Shown here one piece after another: positions 11,490 through 24,799 of a stretch of DNA of 64,000 bases. The translations under genes and the position numbers were made by a program. How positions within the stretch are numbered: the first letter of the stretch is position 1; each line of letters starts with the position of its first letter. The stretch is from Eledone cirrhosa (lineage: Eukaryota): the NCBI GenBank assembly GCA_964016885.1, contig OZ024741.1, positions 357,058,001 through 357,122,000 on the forward strand, written 5' to 3'. Below the pieces are notes generated by a model. That model made no database searches. It saw only the letters and a program-made list of their open reading frames with translations, and had not been told where the DNA came from.

Positions 11490-12410
11490 ATAGACTCCCT
11501 CAAAGATTCAGAAGCTTCACTAGGAGTAGTAGATAGGTTTTGCTATCTATGTGACCTTACTATCACTGGAGGTGGGTGTATCAAAAGTGTTGCAGCCAGA
11601 GCTTAAACAGGGTGGAAGATCAGTGAGTTGTTACCTCTGCTGGCAACAAAGAGCTTCTCTCTCAGAAAGTAGGGCATATTGTATGATGCTTGTGTTCAAA
11701 TTGCTATGCTACATGGTAGTGAGACATGAGCCATGAATGCAGAAGATCTATGACAGTAGGAAAAAAAATGAAACACACACACTCTATTTGATGTATAATG
11801 TTGGTGTGTATGAATGGATGGAGTAGAAGTGAACTGAGAGAAAGGTAGCATATAAGAGGGATCAATTGTGGTGTGTAAGAGAACTGATTGCACTGGTACG
11901 GACATGTGAGGAATAAGGAAAATAAGAATTGTATGATATAACAAAGAGCTGAATACTTAAAGTAGATGGAACCTGTGGAAGAGGGAAACCAAGAAAGACA
12001 TGGAAGAAAGTTGTGAAAAATAACCTCAAGAAACTGAAGGAGATGATACAAGATCAAGCTGGCTGATACTTTGCTATACTAAAAGTAAGTAAAGTAGGTT
12101 GGCTCATCTGCAGTAGATGAGCCAACCTACCTAGTATTGATACCATAATAGAATCCACACAGTAATCTGGTAAAGTAGTGATGAACAGGCTGAGACATAA
12201 GGTAAAGAGGACCCTCTGACCTTGTTGGACTTGTCAATCTCTCTAGTGTTGGTGCCAGGATCAAATGTACCCAGTACACTCTCTAAAATGGTTGAAAATA
12301 TAAAATGTATGAGTAAGACGTAGTTTTCCAATCTGTTTAGTCCCAGACTGTGATGACCCATCCAGCCCATGCCGGCATGGAAAGTGAACATAAAATGATG
12401 ACAATGATGA
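11490..12410 (+). pseudogene. Old decayed RTE 3' fragment with 3' UTR
   Basis: Broken frames match VDRFCYL, MLHGSET, HWYGHV, GRPRKTW of the intact RTE; gatgatga tail ~12400-12413. Confidence 0.75.
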
Positions 12411-12859
12411 TGATATATATATATAGTTTTATGAGTTTGTTTAATAAACTGGCTCTGTTAAGCAAAAAGTTCAGTTGTTTGTATGGCAGGCACTGTCATT
12501 TGAATACTATTATATTACTGGTACTGATCAATTGTGAAAAGCTGGAAAACAAAGTTAACCCTGGTAGTATTAGAAGATAGGAGTAGGAAATTAAATGCTT
12601 TATTGTATTTCTGTTAAATTACTGCTCTTGAGTTTTGATGATAATGGTTTTTAACATTGTAGAAAACAATCATCAGAGTGGACCAATGAAAGTATGTTTC
12701 CATTGGTCTTTCCATTGCTGATACAATGCCTAGTAAGCATGCCATAGCTTTCCCGGTAACAGGAGGTGGGATTTTAACTCAGAACACCCAAAGCCGGAAA
12801 AGATACCATAAGGTGTCCTGTCTGGTGCTTTAACATTTCCACTGCCTCTGGACTATTTA

Positions 12860-14065
12860 TTGAACCTGTAAGAATGAATGGCAAAGTTGACCACGGCAGA
12901 ATTTGAACTCAGAGAACAGAGAACCAGAACAAACACTGAGGTATTGACTTTGCTAATTTTTTTCTTAAAAATGTGTGTTGAACCTCTGTTGCTTTTAATG
13001 ATGAGTGTCTCTGTTATTCAATCAATAGTATAGCCTACTTGTGAAATTAACATGCAAGAGGCTTAGCATTCCACAGACATGTGTACCCTTACTGTAATCC
13101 TCAGGGAAATTCAGTATGGCAGTGTGTGACATGGCTGGCCCTTTGAACAACAGGTACAGCTTAGTTTTTCTAGATGGTTGGTCTAGAGCAACATGAAATA
13201 AAGTGTCTTGCTGAGGGACACAACATTGCTGCTGTAAATTGAACTAACGACCTTATGATTTCAAGTCAAACATCCTAACCACTAAGCCATGTACTTTCAT
13301 AAATCTTAATAATGATTGCTTATTCAGGGACAAGGCCAGTACAGATAATTTATTTTATCAACCCCAGAAAGATGAAAAGCAAAGTTGACCATGGCAGGAT
13401 TTGAACTGAGAACATAAAGAGCAAAAACAAATACGACAAATCATTTGTCTGACAGTCTAATTACTCTGCCAATCCACCGCTCTTTATAATAATGGTTTCT
13501 TATATAGGCACAAGGCCAGCAATTTTGAGGGAGGGGACAATTATTTTATTGACCCCATAAGGATGAAAGGCAAAGTTAACCTCAGTGGGATTTGAACTCA
13601 GATCATAAAGGGCTGTAACTCTATGCTGCAAAGCATGGCGCACGACCCTCTACCGATACTACCAATCCACCACCGCTCTTTATAATAATTGTTTCTACGT
13701 TTGGTACAAGGCCAGCAATTACCCAGTGTATTACTGGTACTTTATTTTATCGACCCCATAAGGATGAAAGGCAAAGTTAACCTCGGCGGGATTTGAACTC
13801 AGAATGGCAAGGGCCGTAACTCTATGTGTGAAAGCATGGCGTCCGACCCTCTACCGATACTGCCAATCCACCAATAATGATTTCTGATTAGGCTTAAGGC
13901 CAACAATTTGGGGGGAAGAGAAAGTCGATCCTCAGTGTGTTACTGGTATTTTATTTTATCGAGCCTGCAAGGAAGAAAGGCAAAGCTAACCTTGGCAGGA
14001 TTTGAATTCAGAATGTAAAGCATGTTGTCCAACACTTTACCAATACTACCAATCCACCACCCTTT
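12860..14065 (-). mobile_element. Cluster of about five SINE family 1 copies plus a CORE-like SINE (~13030-13295)
   Basis: Repeated ggatttgaactcag (reverse B box), aaggcaaagttaacctc, ccaatccacc. Confidence 0.8.
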
Positions 14066-16009
14066 ATAATAATGATACAATATAAAGATAATGAAAACAA
14101 GAAACACACAACATTTATGAAAAGTAAAAGAACACTGAAATCACTTGTTAATTGTAGAAGCTTATTATTATTTTTTTTTTTTTTTTTTTACGTAATTGGA
14201 TATTTTTTATACATTTTATTGCAGATCTTTAATCAGATATTTCTAATTAAAAATGTCTAACATAGGCAACATTTTTTTTTTTTTACCCAGTCCAATATGG
14301 ACACCAAAGTACCAAGATATATTCTTGACATATAAAGTACAGTAATAGCAGCTGAATTATTTTCAAAAGTTCCCATTTTCTGCATTGATCATGTGATCAT
14401 GTACAGGGCCAACTTTCATACCTAAGTGGTGAAACAAGTAGAGTGGGCCAACATCTTATGTGGTCAATTCAAAAACTTCATATGTTCAAGACTCTTATAT
14501 AAAAAATGCCTGTGCACGCCAACATTTTGGAGAAGGCATAATGCCAGATTCTCTTGAATTTGAGAAAATTCAGGAAAAGAACAATAGCGGTGAGGGTTTG
14601 GGTTTTCTCCTCTATGTGATGCTGTTTCATGTGAAACAGGACATTAAGAGTTTTACAATTCTGAATTTAAAAAAAAAAAATTTTCCAGCCACATATGTTC
14701 AAAAGCACAATATTTAAAACCATGTAAGACCAAGGCTTTCTGCATATGAATAAAATTGCATCAAGCGAAACATTAACAACTGATATTGACCCAAAAACTG
14801 AATATTAACACTTTTTATATCAAACCAGCCCAAACCAACTCTGGTTTTATAAAACAAAACCATTCATTTTGAAGGGTTTTCATTTGTGTTAAAATATTCC
14901 AACATAATTTTATGTAAGAACCATTTGTTAAGTTACTATCTTATCATTTTAGTAAATCCATCAAAATTCTTTATTAATTAATTAAAACAGAATATATTTC
15001 ATTAGAAATATTATCATAAAGGGATAATTAATGAACCAGCTGTTATACAAGCTATGTTACCTTTAATCTAAATTAATAATATAAGCAAAACAAACAATTG
15101 GGATGTATCTTTTTCTGAATTCATTTTAAAATATACAAAGATTAGCAGGCATAGTCAACTAAAGTATAATTTTTTAAAACTCTTTTGACACTAAACTGCA
15201 CCTGGTTCTAGAATGAAAAACTGTTTGTCTTAAAATGATTATATTTATCTAAAAACTTTCCATCATAATTTTATCCCTCCATTTTTTAAATTATTTTTAA
15301 AACAATTTGAAAATCATAGGTAGTGTCTTTCATTAGATAAAGCCGTTTTTGTAGAAAAAATGTACGGGTAATTGTAGTAATTCCTGTATATTACTGATAT
15401 GTGTTTTATAAATCTTAAAGTTACCCTGGCTGGATTGAACTTAGAAAGCATCAGGATGATAATGAATACAGCATCCAGTTGTAGATAGCTTGCTAAACAA
15501 AGGGTTAGAACTCTTCAGTTTAGCCAAACATGCCAACCACTTCTGTGTTGGTGATCTACATGATAAATGCATCCAGTACACTCTGTCAAGTGGTTGGTGA
15601 TAGGAAAGGCATCCAACTGTAGAAAACCTGCTAAAAAAAGGGTCAGGAGGACTCTTCAGTTGTGTCAGAAATATGACAACCTCCGTGATGTTGGTGCCAC
15701 AATAAAATGCACTCAGTAGAGCACGGGAACCTATGTAATTGAGATGTGTCCAACCTATGCAAGCATGGAAAATGAACGTTAAATGATGATAATGATGATG
15801 AGGATGATGATAATGACTTTACAGTTTGAGTGATCAATTTACCTCTTTATCTCAAACAGTCTTTTACAAGTGATTAAACACTCAATCCAAAGAGGGATGC
15901 ATGCCAAATCAATACTTGTGAAATTTGAACACTGAACCATAAAGCACTAAACTGGAAGAGTTTAACATGTAATCTAGCCTTCTAATATTTCTGAGACCTC
16001 TGCTAGCAT

Positions 16010-16410
16010 GTTATGCTGAATGTGTAGTGCTAGTGTGCATGAGCGACAAAGTACAGATGAGTTGAAGAAAAATGGACATCGGTGGAATTAGATATTGTGT
16101 GCAATAGAGAAGATTGTGATGCTAGGCACATGTGCTGTGTGCAGATGATGATCTTTGGATGAAGAAGTGCAAGGAGGAGTTCCAAGTGTAAAGCAACTAC
16201 AGAAGGAGAAGACCAAGGGAAACCTGGACAGAAGTGGTGAAAGCTGATCTCAGGATACTGAACCCTCGCAGAAGTGATGACATGATAAAAAAGAAATGCA
16301 ACAAGTAAAAGAAAGCTATGCTTAAGAAGACTTGTTTAACACATGCAAACACAGAAAAAACAATGATGATAATGGTGGTGGTGATGATAGTAGTGGTGGT
16401 GATGATGATG
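16010..16410 (+). pseudogene. Decayed RTE 3' fragment
   Basis: Similarity to the ERRLRWYGHV / RRPRETW region; gat-rich tail. Confidence 0.55.
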
Positions 16411-17016
16411 CACTGTCCTTATTTATTCCTTTCCATTAGTTAGTTTAAGGATATGTCTCCATAAACTTTATCTTAGATGAGGGAATAGTAACAGATAGAA
16501 ATAAATAATTTAGTGTAGTTAGTGCAGTAGAGGAAAGTATTCTGAAAAATGTGGCTCTTTCATCCTTGTGTGGGTAAGTTGTTCCTATTTGTTTTTATCT
16601 ACCATATCATCATCATTTTACGTCCGCTTTTCCCTGCTTGCAAGGGTGGGACAGGAACTGACTCTGGCTTGATTTCTACAGCTGGATGCCCTTCCTAACA
16701 CCAAACTCATTTACAGTGAGTGCTGGGTGCTTTTTTTCCGTGGCGTATACACGTCCACTTTACAGTGGGCTGGGTGCTTTTTTCCGTGGCGATTGGACTG
16801 CATGCCCTGCTTTCCAGGTTACCCTTCGCCACTGACACTACCCACTATTTTATGTTTGAGAAATGAGCAAAAATCCAAACTCCATGTTTGAGCTGAGGCA
16901 GCTAATTAACATATTATGTTCAGATAGCACGACTTTGTAAGTTTCCATGAGTGGAGAATATATTTATGAAGTTTCAATATTTTGATATATAAAATGTTTT
17001 TAAGTATCATTTAGAG

Positions 17017-17332
17017 CAGCAGTCGCCAACCGGTGGGCCACGGACCACTGGTGATTCTAGAGAAAATTTTGGTGGTCTGCAGAAATATTTGGACATTATT
17101 TGCAATTTCTATGTTTTATTAATAATAAAACAAAAATAATATTCAGTCAAAATATATTTTATAACACCTAAAAAATGTTTTAATAGGTGCATTTCATATT
17201 AATAAAATGGAAGTTCTCTGATCATTATTTTACAAATGTATTTATCTTTTTAAAAAAATTCATATTAGTGGTCCGCAGGATTTAAAATTAGAATTTAGTG
17301 GTCCATGAGGTCTGAAAGGTTGGCAACCACTT
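17017..17332. mobile_element. hAT (Charlie/MER5-like) MITE
   Basis: TIRs cagcagtcgccaacc / ggttggcaaccactt; exact 8-bp TSD ATTTAGAG at 17009-17016 and 17333-17340. Confidence 0.85.
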
Positions 17333-19074
17333 ATTTAGAGTATAATTTGTTTCACAACTCCATTACATAGCGATTTAGTACTATTTCATTCCTTCTTAGA
17401 AAGTTACAAGTTTTTCAAATTTTTGTTTACTTCCTTTTAACAGAACAATAGCAACATGTTCTGAAGGTAAAAGGTTTTTATTTAACATACAAATCGAAAT
17501 ATTCTGTAAAAATACTTCTAAAATGTAGTAAAACAGTGTTTTATTCTAAAACAATTATTCCAAATATTTTGATGCTTTTTTTTCATAAAAATTGAAGTTG
17601 GTGAAAATTGACAAAATATTGACCTTGAATATTAGTTTACCCAAACATTTTACTGTTGATTTTTTTTTTGTCACATATTTCTCGGCTTATACATGTTTAT
17701 ATATGGTATATTCATTTATTTATATTTATATCTGCATATATATTTACAGTAAGTACTTGTTAAACCAGATGAAATTTGAGTTAAGAGAGTAACTGTCAAT
17801 GTTGAATTCTGCCAACATCTTTTGAATATCTGTGTTGCAAGGACATATCTTCTGGTATCCTGGTTGTACTGAGTGAGTGCTGCATGACTACCAAACATGG
17901 TAAATTCATTATAAATTATGTTTATCACATTCAGTGTACAGTGTATATATTTCCAATATACTCTTACCACTAGTTAAATTGGACAGTCAGCTAACAGACA
18001 CCCTCCCAACCCTATTAGTCCAGTTTAACAATTGTTCACTGCATCTATCTTGTGTAATCTATCTGTAGGTGGTGATTTGTTAAAGTTGTTAGAACATTGT
18101 ATATTATTCTTTGTAGCAATTGTTCCAGCTTTCTGCAATCTGAGTTCAAATCCTGCCAAGGTCAACTTTGCCTTTCACGATCAATAAAAAAAAAAGTACT
18201 AGCTCAGTAATGGAGTTGATTCTTCCTTTATATCTCTTTCTCACTTCCTCTCTTTCTTTTTCTAGAAGAAATTGGCTTTGTTCAAACCTGGAAAGAGGAT
18301 GGCGTCTGCCAGGTTTTAAATCACGACAGCACCCTTACAACTCCACCAGGAGTTACATGTTCATACATACAGTCTTTCTGTATTTATTTACAATTTTTTA
18401 ATAAGACTTGATTTAATATATAACATTTAGCCTCACACATCATACTTATATATTACTATGTCTGTAAATCCCAACATATCCTGTAACCTTTTGTAATATG
18501 TTTTGTAGGAATGAATGGGCCTTGTGGCAAATAAAGTGAACAGATACACCCAACCTAAGCTGTGTGAACTCACCTGTGTGTGTGTGTGGGGGGGGGGGGG
18601 TGTAAGTAGGTAAAGGGCCCTGAAATCATGATAAAAGCAGAGGGGCACCATCTCAACACAATGATTTCATCTAAAGAATAAGAAAGAAAGAATTGACTGG
18701 TACTTTATTTATCAACCTCAAAAGGATGAAAAGCTAAGTTGACCATGGCAGGATTTGAACTTGGAGAGCAGTGAGCCAGAACAAATACTGAGGTATTTTT
18801 CATCTGATACTCTAATGATCTGCCAATTTGCCACCTTGTTTCTGTACATACTTTGCTTAAGTAGTATCTTGTTTTATTTATTGTTTTCACCATATTTATT
18901 AATTATTATATTGCCTTATTTTTATACACATTTTTAAAATGTCTTCTTTGTATAATGTCTTTGACCCACACCTCATGTTTGCCATGTTTATCCCCACAAG
19001 TATCAGGGTTGATATAATAGACTTTCTCCTCTCCACAAATTGTTGGCCTTGTGCCTAAATTAGAAATCATTATT

Positions 19075-19252
19075 AGGTGGTATGGCAGTATCGGTAGAGC
19101 ATCGGACGCCATGCTCTGCAGCATAGAGTCATGGCCCTTTATGTTCTGAGTTCAAATCCTACCGAGGTTAACTTTGTCTTTCATCCTTACGGGGTCGATA
19201 AAATAAAGCACTGGGGAAATTGCAGGCCTTGTGCCAAAAGTAGAAACAATCA
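19075..19252 (+). mobile_element. SINE family 1 copy
   Basis: A-box-like tggcagtatcggtagagc; B box gttcaaatcc. Confidence 0.8.
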
Positions 19253-19859
19253 TTATCATCATCACAAGTATAACATTGATTTTCCAGTAACTGATTATCA
19301 GGCATCTCTTTTAATTCATACATAATTATGCATGAACACCTGAATTTCATGTGACCTATCAAACTAGTTAATTTATGTCAGAAGGCCACCATGTGGTGTT
19401 AAATTACGTTTTCATACTATTTTGATTGTGGGATAGAGAGATTGTTTCTGACTTCATGTATGTGACTTTAGTGAATTATTATTTAGTCCAGTAAATCAAA
19501 AAACCTGACGTGGGTAAGGAAACAAGTGTCAGCAAATTGGTGGCTCAAGTGTACTCACACATAAACATGTAAAATACACACAAAACACTGATCCTAATAA
19601 TTAATCTGTTTAGATTGACAAATAGATATTACTGTTTAGATTGACAAATAGAGCAGAGCTTTCACACTATGACAGATTCAATCTCACTTCCACCACCAAA
19701 TATTACATAATCATAAGAGCCTAAACACAAACATACGTACTTATAAATATATAACCATCCATCCATCCATGAACCCTAAACTCCTGACAGAGTCAATGGC
19801 ATGCCATGGTGATATATGTTATTTCTAGGGCACACACAGACACATACACACGTATACAT

Positions 19860-20555
19860 ATGCTGCATGGTAGCAATATGCTGGCCTTAAGTGCAGAAGA
19901 TTTGTGGCAACTAAAAAGAAATGAGGCATGTATTTTTTGCTGGATGTGTAATGCCAGTGTGCATGATAGAGTATAAGTAAGCTGAGAGAAAAGGAATTGC
20001 AGGTAGTGCACAAGAGAGGCAATTGTGCTGGTATGAACATGTGATGCTTAAGGAGAGTGAGAGTTGTATAAATAAAAATACTGAATGCATAAAGTGAATG
20101 GGACTATTGGAAAAGGGAGACTGAGGAATATATGGGATAAAGTTATGAAGAATGACCTAAAAAAACTGAACCTCATTAAAAGGATGACACAGGATCAAGT
20201 TGATTGATGAAATGCTTTACTGCAGTTCAAGCACTGTGACATGAAAAGTAAAGAGATTGGAGGCTACAATGTTTGGTAATCGAACAGAGATAATGTAGGG
20301 TTTGAGAGGAATCTTCATTCCAGTTTAGTATGTGACAACCTCTTTAGTGCTGGTGTCATGATAAAATAGTAGTGTCATGAAAAATGTATCCAGTACACCC
20401 TATAAGGTATTAGGAAGGGCATCCAGCAGTAGAAACCATGCCAAATATGGAATGTAATGAGCAAGATAGGTTGCTCCAATCCATCTAATCTGAGACTATG
20501 ACAACCCATCCAACACATTCCAGTATGGAAAGTGGATGTAAAATGATGATGATGA
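19860..20555 (+). pseudogene. Decayed RTE 3' fragment with 3' UTR
   Basis: MLHGS / RQLCWYEHVM-like remnants; aggaagggcatccagc; gatgatgat tail. Confidence 0.6.
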
Positions 20556-20976
20556 TATATATATTTGCATTTTAGTGTCCTGAAATATAGGCACTATTTT
20601 AATTGCATTTAAAAGCTTCTCTATACACTTTTAGAATCCATGATTCATGTTAATGTTTTATAACGAAAATAACTAAACGCAAGCATTTTTTTCTGGGTCT
20701 GAAAAGCTTATTGATTCTACTTAAATTATATGTTGGAGTATTTATGTATACAGACATGTTATAAAAAATTCAGTAGTCTAAAAACATGTACTGTTGCATG
20801 TAGCCCTAATTAATGATTAAATAAGAGCAACAAATGAATAATTTCTTAAGCAATGACTACAAATAATCATTCATGTGTGGTTCATCTTACTGAAGTTTCA
20901 AGTGATGGTTGTTGGTGAAGTACCATAGCCTCGCTATCACCCGTGGTAATAGCTTGAGTGTCTTGGCCTGCTTTAA

Positions 20977-21170
20977 CCCTTTAGCATTTAAACCAGCTGT
21001 ATCCAGCCAGAATTTTCTCACTTCTTTCTGTTAAAACTGGCCCCTCTTACTGATGTTAAGGTTATTGTTCTCAAAATAAATAATATCAAAATCTCATAGA
21101 TTCAATGTGAGGTAAAGCCTTTACCGTGAAAATATAATAGTAAATATAGAATAATGTAAGTGCTAAAGGG
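20977..21170. mobile_element. piggyBac-like MITE
   Basis: TTAA on both flanks; TIR ccctttagca / tgctaaaggg. Confidence 0.8.
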
Positions 21171-22229
21171 TTAAAATGTTTTGAAGACAAAACCAATATT
21201 CCCTGTGTGCACGTTTTCTTGCCCCTTTTTCCTTCTTCCTCACTTTTTCTTTATTGGTTTGTTTCTTCTGTAAGTCATAAACAACATATAGTTTGTATAT
21301 GTTCTTAAAAGAAAGAAAAAACTACAAATAGTTGCAACAAATTTGGTAAAAATCAAACTTCTTGACAATATAATGCAGCTGGTACAGTAAAAAATAGAAT
21401 TGGTTAAAATTAAATGAGTACTTTTATGATGATGCTGAAGTATATTGGTATACAAAATGCCTGCTTTGAATTTAAGGTGACAAATTGGCCAAATTGTTAC
21501 AAACTCAGATAAAATTCTTTACAGCACTTGTTCTGTCTTTCTGCATTCTGAGGTCAACTTTGCTTTTAAACTTTTTTTTTTTCTTCAGCATTTAAAAATG
21601 AAATACAATACTGGGCTCAGGGGTTAATTCTTCGTTTATATCTCTTTCTCTGGAAAAAAATAAATTGGTGTTCAGACCCGCAGAGGGATGGGCTCTGCCA
21701 AGTTAAAATACACTATTCTCATGACTTCGTAAGAAGTCCAGGACTCAAGGATAAATGGATGGATTTTGAATTTCATTTTAGCCTGGATGAATATAAACAG
21801 CTAACAAAAGACCTCAAATGTTATAAAAAGATATTTCCTTGGTACTGCATTTTTACATATATGGGTTAAGAATAGTTTGTTTTCAAGGATGAACATGGTG
21901 TTTACAAGCTCAAACAGTGTGTGTGCGTAATACACACACACATACATATATATATATATTTTTGCTAAAATATTCTAGACAGGGTAATACAACAAATTAT
22001 ATATATATATATATACACAGGGTGCAAAAAATATTCTAGACAGGGTAATACAACAAATTATATATATATATACACATTCTAATAAAAGTGTGTATGCATT
22101 TTTTGGGACACCCTTATATATATCTGTGTGATACGAGAACGAGTACTCAATACCTAAGTAGAGATTGAATATACTTTATTATATCTAAGTTGTGAGTCTT
22201 GTTATTCTGAAGTTTTTCCTTGGACTTGC

Positions 22230-22284
22230 AGTCTTGTCTGATAATCCTGTGAGTGCACAGGTGAAACTTTAGAGTAACAAGACT
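22230..22284 (+). ncRNA. Type I HHR with one core mutation (CTGATAA)
   Basis: agtcttgt-CTGATAA-t cctgtg agtg cacagg t-GAAA-ctttagag-TA-acaagact; 8-bp stem I, 6-bp stem II. Confidence 0.7.
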
Positions 22285-22336
22285 CACACATAACCATAAT
22301 AAAGAATACATACACACACACACATATATATATATA

Positions 22337-22475
22337 ATAATTGTTTCTACTTTTGGCACAAGGCCATCAATTACCCAGTGTATTACTGGTACTTTATTTT
22401 ATCGACCCCGTAAGGATGAAAGGCAAAGTTAACCTCGGCGGGATTTGAACTCAGAATGGCAAGGGCCGTAACTCT
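22337..22475 (-). mobile_element. SINE family 1 copy (others at 26232-26395, 26500-26690, 41000-41100, 42190-42370)
   Basis: Same conserved body as 10189-10311. Confidence 0.8.
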
Positions 22476-23119
22476 AGTGGAGAGGAAGCACACGAGTTAG
22501 GATATATATATATGAAAACAGGGAGAAAGAGACGATTATTAGGAAGAAAAATTTTTTTTCTTCCTTTTTTGTTTCTCTCTCTCTTATTAATTAAATATCA
22601 TCTAGCAAGAATTGCTTCCCCCTGCATATTAACTCTCTAAAAAGGGAAATCATATCAAACCTCAGTCCACCATCATGGATCAACTAAGCACTCTTGCTAT
22701 ATTAACACATCTTGATCTGCTTAACTTCAATAACTATGCCTGTAAATAACATTATTTTTTCTTCCACATTGACTTTTTATGCTCTACATTATGTACGTTT
22801 TTTTTCCTTTTCACTTCATAAACCTTGTTTGTAAATAACATTATTCTTTCTGCACCTTCTGTTTAACATGTGTGACACCACACTAATACATTTCACTATC
22901 ATTTGATAATGTATAAAAATGCTGAAACCGGTAATAGACAATTATTAAATATATAAATAAACGCCATTGTTAAATAATAAACAAATCAACTAATACCTTA
23001 ACACTTCACACAAAGTAAAACATTTCGTTTTAATCATGTTCTAACCCAGAAAAAAGAGAGAGAGAAACAAAAAAGGAAAAAAAAAATTTTTTCTTCCTAA
23101 TAATCGTCTCTTTCTCCCT

Positions 23120-23177
<58 letters not shown>

Positions 23178-23294
23178 AATACTCATCTTTTTCCATTTCT
23201 TAGGGGGTTCTAAACTCCATTATCAGGTTAAAAAATTTCTTTAGTCAAAAGATACGGCGAAAGCTATTTCTAATTTCAAAACAAGCTTACTTGT

Positions 23295-23329
<35 letters not shown>

Positions 23330-23899
23330 GAGGTGGGGGTGAGAGAGTAAAGTCTAAGTTTATGTAAAAAAAAGAAAAAATGGGGTTTATGTTAAAAGTA
23401 TCCACACTAAAACGAAATATATTCATTTAGGTAATTAAAAAAAGCCAAATTATTATTTTAATTTATTGGGTTCATATTTAACAACGTTGCAGTTCTCCAC
23501 TTCTACCCATGTTAAATAACTGAGAAACCATGAATGAAAGTTAAAAACATGTTCAACTCATACATCTAGGGAAACCTACATCGTAAACCAGGTATTTGTT
23601 TACACTTCAGATATATATCTTCTCACTTACTTTTGGGAAATTTCCATATAGGTATTTGTTTGTCATATGTTACTGCCACTTCACATCAAGGGGGGCACGC
23701 ACAACACCTTTGTGCAGCAACTATCAAGACCGGTTCTTTTTTTTTTTGTTGTTGATTCGCAAAGGTCCGTGCGCGTGCCCCGCTGCCAAACTATATCACG
23801 GGTTCAACAGCGGCTAGGAGCAACAGTATCTTTATTTCTCTTGGCAAATTTTCTAGTTTATAGCACGTTGTCATGCCTGAGATTTCCTGATTTTGATAA

Positions 23900-24352
23900 G
23901 TGGTGGATGTCATGTCACATACATTGAAAGCTCAAAGCAAGATACTGGCTTGGAATCCAGCCAGGAACATCAAATTATTTGGCGTCAGCAAATTTTTATA
24001 TATGACACCAGTATCAGTTATGGGACTAAAGACAGCATTGATGGACAGAGAAGTGTGGTGGACATCGTGTCACATACATTGACAACCCAAAACAGGAACA
24101 CTTGTCTGGAATCTATCCAGCAAGTGAAGATAGCAAGGGTGGACAAGGGCTTTTAGTAGATACTATCTCACATACATTGACAACTCAAAGCAGAACACTA
24201 GTCTGGAATATATAAAGGAACTGAAGATAGCAACCATGGACAAAGAATTGTGGTGAAAGCTATGTCACATATATTGACAACCTGAAGCAGGACACTAGTC
24301 TGGAATCAATCCAGGAACTGAAGATAGTAATGATGGACAGTTAAGTGTGGAA
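23900..24352 (+). repeat. Degenerate tandem repeat (~98 bp core, ~4 copies) of a LINE ORF C-terminal segment
   Basis: tcacatacattgacaac...ctggaat...gaagatagca...tggaca recurs; reads like YIDNLKQDTSLESIQELKIVMMD..W. Confidence 0.7.
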
Positions 24353-24741
24353 AAGGGACTTTGTTGCCTTGGCTCATCTTAACTAATGAACTAAATAATT
24401 ACATCTTTTTGAAAGACGACGAAGCCTTTTGCCCTTCTAACTTGAGTATTTTCCTGGTCGATGAATAACGTTCTATTTAAAACACAACGCATATTATTTT
24501 AAAGTTTTCATTTATTACGTCTTTGCTATTTATAGTAACATTTTCAAAGCAAGATGTCTACTGTGATTAATATTTATTTACATTAAATAGTTTCATTTAT
24601 AGATTTTCCTTGTTCAATAAAATTTTAAATGAGGTAAAGTTGTGCTAAATTTCAGTATTTCCTGAAATAACAGTAACACCATATATTATTGATGAAGTGG
24701 AGGAGTCCTTGAAATTCTGCACAAATGTGATACCATTGTTT

Positions 24742-24799
<58 letters not shown>

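Noticed and set aside
14287-14660. Possible minus-strand exon (polypyrimidine+AG and GT boundaries)
   Set aside because: No frame open across it and no recognisable homology; needs RNA-seq
23900-24352. CRISPR-like array
   Set aside because: Degenerate contiguous tandem units, no unique spacers or cas genes, eukaryotic context
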